64,000 bases of DNA. It comes from Hydrolagus colliei. Its lineage: Eukaryota. Numbering within the stretch: position 1 is the stretch's first letter; every line of letters begins with the position of its first letter. Under the pieces are notes generated by a model, which was not told where the DNA came from, ran no database searches, and worked only from the letters and a program-made list of their open reading frames with translations. This document shows, one piece after another, positions 26,561 to 37,714 of this stretch. A program made the translations under genes and the position numbers. The DNA lies in assembly GCA_035084275.1 (NCBI GenBank), contig CM068748.1:16120001-16184000 (forward strand), in the 5' to 3' direction.

Positions 26561-28363
26561 GAAAAGGAGAATATGAGGCTGGTGAGGAAATTGTTCATTA
26601 AAGCTTAGTTTGCGAGTTTGCGCTCGTAAAGCTGGACTCAGTCAAGTGAACCTGTGACCTCTTTCGAGGCCTTTCTGTGAATTTAAGACTAAACGGCTTC
26701 AGAATGCTTCTCTACAATAGCAACTGCCGTCACTGCTTACATTCAGCGTTTAATCATTTGTCGCGAGAAATGTGAACTTGAGTAATGTAGCATGCAGTGA
26801 AAATGGAACGTCGGCATGAGATGCAAATTTAAGTTGAATCCAAGTTGCACTAATCGGTGAAAGTTTATAAATGAATCTGTCAGATTGATCAGACAGTCCG
26901 ATTTGCTGTAGGATCAGCAAAGCGAAGTTTCTGTCAACACACTTTTCACATGCATTGCCGTCAAATGGAGCTGTACTGAGCACATTAGATGACTTAACAA
27001 GGTCAGTGCTGTACCAAGCTTCCCAAATGACAGTCTATGAAAGCTACGCAGGCCCATGGGTAGGCACTGGATTTATGCGCTTTTTGCTGTCTGATGTCTA
27101 AAAGGTGCCAGTGGGAAAGAGATGAATTTCTTGGCTTCGAAACACTCCACTGGTTTTGATGTCTCAATTTGGCTTGTTTTTTTCCACGCTGGACAAAAAG
27201 CTGTGGATGGTTAATGGACGACGTTCATCTGCCGTTAGAGTGGATGGCAGCGTAGGAAATGCAGTCGGCTCTGCTCGATTCCTCCGCCCTGATTAACGCG
27301 AGTTGTTGTTGTGGAGAATCAAAATGTCATATTAGATGACAAGTTTATCTTGTCAAAAGGTTCATGGATCGATGCCATAAGCCTTATTTTATGTCTGTGA
27401 AATTGTAAAATGTTCAATGAAGTTTAATTAGAGTTTAACATTGCAGAAACCAAATCCTTTTTTGTCCTCCTTTCTGCTTATCAACAGTTGCCGGGTGCAT
27501 TCCGGTAGCTGAGTGGCATTTTTCATTTTTAAGACTTGACAGTGTGCAAAGGCTGTCAGTTTGTTGATGGGATGGGGTTGCACTGCACCCAGACCTAACT
27601 CACTCTGGTACGCTACCTGCATGAAGGGCACTATATAAATGCAAGTTATTGTTGTTGTCATTACCGAACATGCATGCTTAAATGCCTTCCAGCACAGTCT
27701 GTGTTTAATGGACAGGAGCTGGGGGATGCTGTTGGGCTCGTATTCTTCCATACACTTTAAAAGCAGGATTACTGTGCAAACAGATCCACTGTGCGGGATT
27801 TATCATTTACATTGCAACTGCTATCCTGGCCAACGATGGATTGGCTAAAATCAAGCTCACAGTCATTAGACTTTACAGTAAATCTGGCAAAGTGTTTTAA
27901 GATGTCTCGGCGATGTGATGAGGCTGTATGTGCAACGCAAAGATTGTTTTGGTGAAACGTGGCCCGTGGAAATACATCTTCTTCCTTAAAGCAATGGTGG
28001 TCTTTAGTGAAGCTGAAATGTATTCCATTGACAACGAGTAAATATTTATAAGACCGATTGTTTACCTGACGGGAACAAACGGTTATAGCTGGTGGCAGGC
28101 TGTCATCTTGAAGTAGCTATGCTCCTAATAAAGTGTGCTTAGCAGTGAAGCAGAGTGTTTTAAACAAGACCACCTGGGACTTGGAGCTCATCAGCCATTT
28201 ATTTTTTAGAAAATCCAAATGTTTAATTGATACCTACTTATATCTGAGTTCTGTCAGCTCTTGAGATAAAACCATGGACAACAAAGATGTGAGCATGCTT
28301 TGGCAATCAGGTCACAGGTCATAGACATGAATGGACGAAGAGGAGAGAAGGCACTTTATAATA

Positions 28364-28555
28364 TGATAATCATAATAATCCTTGCTTATGATATATCACA
28401 TTGAGACATCTCAAACCACTTCACAGAATATATTGTGAAATGGATTGACTCTATATTTTGTGGGTGAAACACAGCAACCAATTACGCAGAGATGCAGTGC
28501 CTTCCCACATTGTTGAGGCATCGCAAATCGCTTCACAGAGTATACTGTAAAGTGG
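28364..28555 (-). mobile_element. SINE 3' fragments (two partial copies in tandem)
   Basis: ataatccttgc...gagacatctcaaaccacttcacagaatatattgtg, then a second gaggcatcgcaaatcgcttcacagagtatactgtaaagt. Confidence 0.7.
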
Positions 28556-28958
28556 TTTTAGCTGAATGTTTTGCAGTGCGCTTTCAGTCTATCCAGAGCT
28601 GCATTCTTGCATCATTTGTGGCCTTGAGTCCGGCAGAAGTTAACGTTGAAGGATGTGGACTCCGCGTGGCGGCTACTGCCGCCAATTATAGAGGGAATTA
28701 ACGGTTACAATTTCTGTCCTTCAGAACAAAAGTGACCCGATTTTGTATGTGGAAATAAAGATGTAGTGAAGGGAGCTAATGGGACGTACGAGTAAAAGGG
28801 AGTAATTGGACTCACCTGTCTGTTCACCTCTGCAACAAAAGATGTGAAGTGACAGCGCAGCCGTTTTAACTGCAGAAAATCCGAGGGAAGAGTAATTTGA
28901 AAATCTTCGGCGATGACTTTAATGGCGTTTGTTTAAAGAGTTTGTTTTATCTCCGCAG

Positions 28959-29153
28959 ACGTATTTCAACGACAATATCCTGACTCTGATCCGCACTTTA
29001 GTGACTGGGGGAGCCACGCCGGAATTGGAAGGGCTTCTGGCTGAAGAAAACGCACTGCGGGGCGGGTACAGCACGCCACAAACGCTGGCCAACAGGGACC
29101 GATGTCGTGTGGCACAGTTAGCATTATATGACAGCCCCTTCGCAGATCTCGGG
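28959..29153 (+). CDS. KCNMA1: KCNMA1 coding exon: [65 protein letters not shown]
   Basis: ccgcag| acceptor, GGG|gtaagg donor, 195 nt, phase 0-0; matches Slo1. Confidence 0.98.
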
Positions 29154-29599
29154 GTAAGGCGAAAGCATGTGTGGCTTCTCCTCACTGTTTGGGTGTGGAA
29201 ACAAGTCATCTAAACTCCTGGGCATCTATCCACCGCGACCTCACATCCTCTTTCTAGTCACTATCTTTGCATTGCTCAAATCGTTCGTTTATACTGGATG
29301 TTTGAGGTCAAGTCAAGCCCGGGCACCACTTCTGTACCACACACCAGCTCCTCCTCCTAAGTCCCTAACTTCCCATGTCCTGCCCACCTTCCCATGTCCT
29401 GGCCATCCTCACCCCTAACTCCAAACACAAGGAGACTTCAAAAGCAAGAGGATCCGCTTGACTGCCTCTGCCCCAATGCCCTAACCCTCTTCTTCCCTCC
29501 TCACCCATCCCTCCCTTTGTCCCTTCAAACCTGTCTCTGCCCCTTCCTCTTACCCCCTGCTGACCTGCCAGCTTCACTTCTCTGTAACCTGCCTCTCCT

Positions 29600-30063
29600 C
29601 TGCACGGTTCTGGAATGAGTCGACACTTCCCAGCTTTGCTCTTTCACTTCCTACATGAATTCCTCCATTCAGACCTCCACGCTGCCTCCCAAAGATTTTC
29701 CCCTCCACAAACTGCAAACCATTCAGAACTTTGCAGCTTGTCTCCTCTCCCATCCAAACCTATTGCTCCCATCCTCGCTGGCCTCCACTAGGATTGAGTT
29801 TGATCCTCATCTCTGAGTTTAAAGCCGTCCATGTTCTTGGCCTACCTGACTTCTGTGCTCTTCTAAAAGCCCTACCAAAACTCCTGGTCTCTGTGTTTTA
29901 CAGACATTAGTCTATTTGACCTCTCCTGCCCTGTCTGCCACACAGTTGTAAGTTGGATTTTCAGCCTTCGTGCCCCAACCCTCAGGAACCACATTCCAGA
30001 GTAATTCCGCCTTGCCAATTCCTTTGCTCTTTTTGATGATTGTCTTAAAATCTTCCTCTTTGA
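29600..30063 (+). mobile_element. Decayed L2 LINE ORF2 end filling much of the intron
   Basis: LHKLQTIQNFAACLL, PILAGLH, FSLRAPTLRNHIP and LKIFLFD traces. Confidence 0.65.
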
Positions 30064-30099
30064 CTACAAATTACAAACTGTATTCCTATTTTGTTGCAG

Positions 30100-30218
30100 G
30101 ACGGAGGCTGCTATGGAGACCTGTTCTGTAAAGCCTTGAAAACTTACAACATGCTTTGCTTTGGGATTTACCGATTAAGGGACGCACACATGTGTACGCC
30201 GAGCCCATGTATTAAGAG
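30100..30218 (+). CDS. KCNMA1: KCNMA1 coding exon: [39 protein letters not shown](R)
   Basis: ttgcag| acceptor, AG|gtaaga donor, 119 nt; contains the YNMLCFGIY motif. Not in the ORF track. Confidence 0.97.
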
Positions 30219-30886
30219 GTAAGAGCAACAGTCTAAGTCATTTGCATTTCTAGATGCAGCTGCAGGTGTCAGACAAGTGCAATTGTGATATATGTTTGCA
30301 CGAGAAGGGTCACTCTGGCATGACGGAAAAACATCACTGATTTTGGTGAATCTCTCGGTGACCGCTTATTGCAGTATATATGACAGATATTGTGCCCTCA
30401 ATTGGGAAAGACTTTATTCGGTGAGTGCGAGGCAGGGCCAGGCTGCGTGAGAGATGGTAGAGCCACCTGAGCCACTTGACAAAAGCCTTTCACCCACAAA
30501 ATGTACAGTCAATCCACTCAGAACTGACAAAGTGGCGTGGACTCACTTTTCCTTTCTCCATAGATGCTGCCTGAGCAAAGGAACAAGGGACGGTGTTCCC
30601 AGTGATTTCTGTTTGTGTGCAAGGATTATGGTTATCATTATCAAGTAAAACAAACGGGGAGTTCTGCATAATCTTGGAAACAACAACTTTCATGTACATA
30701 GTGCACTTAATGCAGAGTAGTGTCTTCGAGCACGTGAATGATTAAAGCCTGCACAACCGATGTGAATGGTGCAGGATTCAGTACATTCAAAGAATAAAGT
30801 TAGAGACAGGTGTTGTTAACTTAGGCATTTTATTTAATGTTTGGTTCAAGCATCCATCCATATGTCCTTTTCCTCTTGCTTTTCAG

Positions 30887-31111
30887 GTATGTGATTACGA
30901 ACCCGCCGTACGAATTCGAGATGGTGCCCACGGATCTGATCTTCTGCCTGATGCAATTTGACCACAACGCAGGCCAGTCTCGTGTCAGCTTGTCTCACTC
31001 GTCGCATTCCTCACACTCTTCCAGTAAGAAGAGCTCATCGGTGCACTCCACATTGCCCTCAGGCAACCGCCCAAGCCGCACCAAGAGCAGGGAGTCCCGG
31101 GAAAAGCAGAA
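30887..31111 (+). CDS. KCNMA1: KCNMA1 coding exon: (R)[74 protein letters not shown]; unspliced read-through stops at TAG 31113-31115
   Basis: tttcag| acceptor, AA|gtaggt donor (phase 2), 225 nt; DLIFCL motif and Ser-rich tail of Slo1. Confidence 0.96.
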
Positions 31112-31807
31112 GTAGGTGGTTGCTGAGGGAAGAGCTTCTTGTAACTGGGTTAATTACTGTACTATGAGGTATAACGATGTCTATTCATTGTGTAAAATGT
31201 TTAGTACGCCTGTCCATTGGTGATTCACAAACATTTTCCTGCAGCAGTAGGGAGGGAATGTAGAAGGCGCAAGGCATGGGTGTTTACAACTTACATTTTT
31301 TTTCTTTTTGTACGTGCAACAACAAAATTACAGTTATAGAGCGCCTTTCATGTCGGGAGGACATGGCATCACAGGGAAAAAAAAATCTCTATGTGTGGGG
31401 ATGCAGTGGATAGGTTTAGGGTGCAGGTAGGCTTAGTGTCCCAGCCAGGGGACAGTTTATTTCGTGTAGAATCAATGCTTTTTGCATCCTACCATGGCAG
31501 ATGTACGATTAGCTGAATGTTTGCGCAGAATTTGTTTTGTAAAAGGAAAAAGCGTTCTACTTTTGCATTATATTCATTTGTTGAATTAGAAATGTTTGTA
31601 TAAAGAGTGAGCGGAAAGGACGAATGAAGGAAATGTGAACGTTTCCCGGGGTCTTTTTGAGGGGATGCGACGCTGTCCCTCCTTGGCGAGATGTCAGTGT
31701 TTGAAGATGGGTCGTTCTAGGAGGTGACGGAGCTACCTGGTGTTTCATTGAGACGGTGCCCTTTAGGTGAAGAGCAGTGTAATATTGATTTGCTTTTTTC
31801 TCTAAAG

Positions 31808-31836
31808 TGCTACAAGGATGACTAGAATGAGCCAAG
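31808..31836 (+). CDS. KCNMA1: KCNMA1 29-nt alternative microexon (N)ATRMTRMSQ(E), switching the last exon to the long DEC-type frame
   Basis: ctaaag|TGCTACAAGGATGACTAGAATGAGCCAAG|gtatgg; phase 2 in, phase 1 out; matches recalled mammalian NATRMNRMGQ of the VEDEC isoform. Confidence 0.92.
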
Positions 31837-32181
31837 GTATGGTAATCATGGAGGGGGGATATGTATTTTATTTTTGTTTGCATGATTTGTAATACGTTTT
31901 GGGGGATGAGGTAAACCGGGGGAAAGAAAACGAGAGTTGCAGTTTGTGTTTTAATTTTGCTTCAAAGAACCTCCGTTGTCAAGTGGTGCTATTGTAAGTT
32001 TTACTTTGTGTATGTTTGCACGTGGCATGCCATGGACAATCTCCTAGGGTGAGGTGATAGGACAGACAGGACGGATGGACAAACAGACAGACGGACAGAC
32101 AGACTAAATTCTAGAGAGTTTTCAATACCAACTAACGCCTTTCTGAAAATGAAAACCTTACTGTCTTTCTTCTTTTTGCAG

Positions 32182-32297
32182 AAAAGAAATGGTTTACAGA
32201 TGAAACTGAAAACACCCCAAGGAACATTCAAATCAACCAATATAAATCCACCAGCAGTTTAATCCAACCCATCAGAGAAGTCGAGAACGAATGTTGA
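32182..32297 (+). CDS. KCNMA1: KCNMA1 terminal dual-frame coding exon: KKEMVYR* (stop 32201-32203) without the microexon, or EKKWFTDETENTPRNIQINQYKSTSSLIQPIREVENEC* (stop 32295-32297) with it
   Basis: ttttgcag| acceptor; both frames translated directly and match the known EMVYR and VEDEC BK C-termini. Confidence 0.95.
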
Positions 32298-32453
32298 GAC
32301 ACAGCCAGCCATTTTGCTTTCACCACATTGCAACACTAGAAGATAGAAAGAAAGACAAATAATAATACTACTATACAGACTGATTCGATTGTCTGTCCTG
32401 TACAAAAGAGTCTGTACATATATTGTACATGGTGCATTTTGTATTTTTCGCAG

Positions 32454-32459
32454 ATTAAA
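32454..32459 (+). terminator. Candidate proximal poly(A) signal (ATTAAA) of KCNMA1
   Basis: ATTAAA preceded by four TGTA elements (32399, 32413, 32424, 32440) and followed by TG-rich sequence. Confidence 0.5.
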
Positions 32460-33344
32460 ATTGTTGTATTCATGTCCAAAAAAGTCAAGCCTGAACTTTG
32501 TACTCACAAGATATCCTGTAGAAATTACACTACACTTTAACACACAAATGTTAAAATATACAGTCAAAAAATCAAGTTACATTTAACTAAAACTGAAATA
32601 TTCAATGCATATTTTACATAAGAACCTAATGTCAATCAACAATTTTCAATTCGATAGCACCCACCATTTACCGCAAGGCCTTGCACTGCTCTCACATTTA
32701 TTTACCATAACTTTCACCATTACGACATTACCCAAAAAACTCACATTATGTTATGAACCAGTTGCAATCCTTCCATCCCATCGCATTACACACTGTCCGA
32801 TTATTAATCGGACAGTGTCGGTTTCAACCACAAAAATATGCTTTACAGTATATCATGTGAAATGCTTTGGAATGTCTCAACTACAGTACAATGATTATTA
32901 TTATATGATTATTGCCACAAGGCACATATTGAAAATGTTAACACTGGTTTAAGGGCAAAATGGCGAATGACGTTACTGGGTCTATGCGGCCAGGTATCTT
33001 GAGGTTATCCCGGGAAGAAACTATTGATAAGATGCATGACGCATGACATAGCTGAGTTACTCAACGGAACTCAGATTTAAGTTAATTAACGAGTCCACAC
33101 CTAAAATGATCAAACCCAGGAGATGGCTGCTGTAAGCAGCCATTTATACCAAGTATGAGTCCTGTATAATGGATACTCTCAATAATGTGTTGCAAAGTGT
33201 CTCCCATAGAATGATACCTGATTCATTGCCTGAAGTTCTTGCTCCTAAATTCTTATACTTGCGTCTCCTGTTTACGGACTCAGCAACAAGTGGGAACAGC
33301 CTATTTATGCTAATCATATAGTACCCTTTGGAACTCCATCCCAC

Positions 33345-33530
33345 ATTTCCTTCACCTCGATCTCTCCCTTGCCTCTTTTAACACGTGTCTCAAAACCTTC
33401 CTTTTCGACCGCGCCTTCAGCCACTCTACTATCCTTCCTGCCCTCCATCTTCCCCCAATCCCAGCTTGTGTCCATATTCCTGACTGTGCAGTGCCTTGGG
33501 ACTTATGTTAAAGGTGCTATACAAATGTAT
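33345..33530 (+). mobile_element. L2 3' tail remnant downstream of the KCNMA1 stop
   Basis: ctcaaaaccttccttttcgaccgcgccttc...gtgcagtgccttgggac...aaaggtgctatacaaatg. Confidence 0.7.
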
Positions 33531-33752
33531 TTTAAAAACTTTGTGAACAGCTTTATTACATACATCTTTCACTACAACACTGAAATTATTACATACACAC
33601 ACACATTCATACATTTATTAAATGTCTCTTCTATATGGAGAAGCCAATGTCAAAGTAACTTGAGAATGTTAGAACGTCATGTTTCGGTCTGCACCAAGAG
33701 ATATCGTCGGCCTCTGTTTTCAGACCGACTGATGTTATGCACCAAAATGCTC

Positions 33753-33758
33753 AATAAA
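33753..33758 (+). terminator. Candidate distal poly(A) signal (AATAAA) of KCNMA1
   Basis: AATAAA about 1.45 kb after the stop codon, followed by GT-containing sequence; motif evidence only. Confidence 0.35.
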
Positions 33759-34839
33759 TCTACACTGTTAAATGTGAGTGCTGGGCTTTCAGCAAGTGTT
33801 CAAGTAGAATTTGTATAATGCAGCAATCCAGGAAAATTGAATCTGAACAGATAAAAGTCTACTCCGACATCACAAATGGCATTGCCTGTCAGATGAAGGA
33901 AATGATGCAGCCTGAGAAAATGGATCTATGCACATACATTTAGAAAATCCACGCTGACTGCACACAAAAAATTTAATTTCTACTGTGCTACTCTTCACAT
34001 CTATATTATTTGATTTTCGTCTCGGTACTATTCACTTGTCCTGTGCATTAGGACCGGCGGCACTGATTTCAATTCATCAAATTCACATTGAAAATATTTC
34101 TGCACATAAAAATCCAATTGTTCCTTCCTATCCCATGCAATTAATTTCCTGAGCTCCTTGAATCCCGTGCACAATGTTCTCACATTGACAATTTTCAGCA
34201 GAATCCTGCTTGAACTGCTTAACTGAAGCGCTTTTTGTTAAACACATCATTTCACATCCAAAGAAATTCTGAAAGACCAACAAAAAACTGCTCCAGCCAG
34301 CTGTATTGGAGCTTTTTCTTCCAGGTATCTACAAAGAAATCTCTGTTTGCCTCAGATTACCATGCATTAAGTCGAGTGGCTTGACACGACATATATTTTA
34401 TCAATGGCCAAAGCCTAAATAACACACCGGATCCTAATTAGGGAAAAAAATACTTTGGTTTGTAAAGAATAACTAAGACACATAACCCATGGATTGGACA
34501 GTACTTGTTGAGGAGGAAAGAGCTCAAGGAGTCCTCAGTGCATGCATTGACTTGGCACTGGGTGAAAATAATAAACAAGGATGCTGAGCCACATTGTCAA
34601 AAAGTTTGGATCCATGGAACTCACACCGAGCTCTGGTCAGACTGTAGAAGGACAGATAACAGTTCCTGTTGCCACGATGTACAGCTGTATCGGCCATGCA
34701 GAGGAGAGCGAGGAGGGTGATCCCAAGTGTCAGTCAAGTGAATTTCAGTTCTGTAAGCAGCCCCTATAGAGAAGGACGATTGAGACATTGAAAAAGGAAA
34801 TCCACAACAATACCAGTGGTTGCAGCAGACTAGGGGAGA

Positions 34840-34985
34840 CCAGTTTTGGATCACTTTCCACTCGGTCAAAAGCTCCATGTACCGTTTTGTCTGTATAAAG
34901 CTGTAGGAAGTCGGTGCTCATCCAAGTCTTGATGTCTGACAAGTGGCTGGACGGACGATTGATGGACCTGCGATGGAGAAAGAAA
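34840..34985 (-). mobile_element. L2 reverse-transcriptase C-terminal fragment
   Basis: ORF 34745..35008 contains HLSDIKTWMSTDFLQLYTDKT, like L2 CLSDIKxWMSxNFLQLNxDKT. Confidence 0.8.
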
Positions 34986-36004
34986 AACACATTTGGATCC
35001 ACATTCACAGTCAGCAGATGACGTCACGGAGAAGGAAGATATAGATGAGGAAAAGGATGAAGTGGGGGGGGGTGGGCAGTGGGGTGGGGGGGGTTGGTCA
35101 AGACTTAGCCCTGAGATTTGCCATAGATGTTCCCTCAAACAAACAAGTCCGCGGTCCGCCTGCTGTGTGACAGAGAACTGGCTGCCCGTGAAATGCAACC
35201 TCGTCTTGATACGTCTCTGAGAGTCTGGGAGAACAATGTGCATGCTGGGGAAAAGGTCATTTATTTCCTGTCCCTTACGAGCAGAATCTTGTCATTATTA
35301 CGGTACACCTAGTGCTCGTTCCCTTTGATTACCTCTCTCCTCATGGGGCTTGTAATAAAAACATCAGCTGAACTTACGGCTGTCACTTTGATGTATCCAC
35401 CTTGTTTTGACATGGGTACTTTTACACATCTTCATCTCGTCTAATTTTTCATTACCGAAATGGCAAAATCATTATTTATTATGCAAGGCAAATATTTTGC
35501 TTATGCTACACTACAGAAACCCTAATGATTAATTTAGCAAAATGAATTTCCCTTGCCATTGTCAATTTTAAATCTCTTTTAATTGCAACAAGCTGACTGG
35601 AATTTAATTAATAACAAGTAGCAATAATCATGTCTGGAGAAGATCCAAGTTTATTCCAAGCAAACATGTTACTGATGGTCTTTTATGAAAAGAAATGGAG
35701 ATGCTGCTAATATTTATCAAGTGGCACATTATCAGTCAACTTTCCTTAATTAAACACTTATAAAATCACATTACGGGTGATTTATTTTTTGATTTTGCTT
35801 CTTCTTCAAAAATATAAATGACGTGACTCAAAAATAAATAAATAATTCACATTTGTAAGGGGAAGTGCTGCCTATTTACAGCTACAGTATGACAGAATCG
35901 CAGCGGTAAATGGATTGGACAGCCCTTCTTGCTCACCCTTATTGCCAATCTGGACAAACAGCACCGTTCAAAAATAACAACAGCAGCAGCCAATGACAAA
36001 GGGT

Positions 36005-36200
36005 AATAATATTAATAATAGGAATCCTTGCATTTGATATAGTGCCTCAACATGTTGTTAAAATGAGTCAAAGCGCTTTAGAACATAAAGTGGATTCACT
36101 GTGTGTTTTGTGGGCAAGAGGTGGCATCCAGTGTGCACAGCACTGTCCCACAAACAGCCATGGAGTGAGTGGCCAATTTTATTTGGACGATCGTTAGGCA
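36005..36200 (-). mobile_element. SINE 3' half, older type
   Basis: atccttgcatttgatatag...tgtcccacaaacagccatggagtgag matches the 16412-16720 type. Confidence 0.75.
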
Positions 36201-36904
36201 GTTAGCCAGACAGTGAAAGGGGTGCATGCGATGATAGGGTTGGTGGAGTTACGAATCGTACACATGCAATGCATACCAAGACAGTGGTATCAGAGGAAGC
36301 AGCAAGTAGAGAGAGGTGTATCAAAAAAAATCTTGTTAAATTCATTACCTTACAATCAAGTTGGCACAAAAGGGTTATTTTAACGTTAAAAAGCCAAAGG
36401 TGGATAGATTGTAGAATTTCAGAAAATAGCCTTCCGGCTCGTCCAGTCTGGTGGATACAGTGTTTGAACTCCAACCGAGTATTTCTTGTCCCATATTCCA
36501 GCCCTTTCCCATTATCCCTCAACTTTATTCTCCCTTACCTTGTGTCCAGTCTTTTATTTTTAATGCGCACATTGTTGCCACTCCAACAACTGATTGTGGC
36601 ACAGTATTGCACACTAATACTGGCTGCTAATGTCCTGTTGCTCATCCCACCCTAGTCCTTCCGACTCGTGTAGTACCATGTCACTGATCTGCTTCTTTCC
36701 CCCAATGTTTCATCCGTCCATTCGGTTGGCGAACGATGGGCGCTCGTGTCATCCAAAGAAAATCTGAAACAAACAAGCAATGGGGCCAGGACAGTGAATC
36801 CTGCAAGACGATGGAAGAGAATTGCTGGTGATGGGTTTCACTGTCACCTGGGTCAGGCAAGAAACAAATGAAAGAGGGTGGATGTCAAAGGATAGACAGT
36901 GATT

Positions 36905-37075
36905 GCCATGAATTCGCATTCACTGGCAAACTGAGTTGAGACGCCCCGAATGGCATTTTTTCAACTTAGCAAACTTATATCTGACAGAGCAAAGAGATTT
37001 CCATCCCATCAGTCTGGGGTGGATTCAAAGCGGCTTCGCAGGAGTGAAGGACATTCTGCCAAAGGGTTGCTTTGA
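36905..37075 (-). mobile_element. Possible LF-SINE-like ancient SINE relic
   Basis: Reverse complement ccttcactcc...tttgaatccaccccagactg...gtctcaactcagtttgccagtg parallels the recalled LF-SINE 5' half. Confidence 0.4.
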
Positions 37076-37714
37076 ACTCTCTATTCCTCAACAACAGGCA
37101 AGTGGTGCCTTTTTAACTAGACATCTGGAGCAACTAATTTGAAAGGAAGCTGTAGCACGGTTCACACTCTCGACAGGATTTGTACCACAAGGAGCCGTGC
37201 ATTGAAATCAGCAGCGAGACCTCTCGTCACCATCACCACTGCCTGTTAAATTATGACTGGTTGTTTCAGCGTGTCTGGGCTGTCAGGAAGTTTTAGCGAG
37301 TGACTGCATTTGAGGGGTTTTCCGTGAGCTCTGTGTTTTGTGTTTGACTGCTAGGTCAATTCAATGTAAAAATTCATCACTGTGCTCTCTATCAGAAAGT
37401 GGTCGGTCTGCAACGTACACTTCCTATTACACCTATTTTTCCCCCTGTCCCCGTAACTTGTATCATCTTAACTGATCTTCTTATTTAATCGTGTCACTGA
37501 CCCAAGGAGCTCAAAAATGGTTCGATAGAGAGTCGAGCACTTGTAGGCGTCAGTCAGAAACTCATGATTAATGAGGGCGAATTGAACAAACAATTTCGAG
37601 CAACTTTTTTTTGAGAATGAAGTGGGACTGTGTTCCTGGGTTGGGAGGGGAGAGGAGGGGAGGGGGAGCGTGTGTGCGCAGGGCATTTATTAGGCAATTT
37701 TCACTGGTGGCGAA

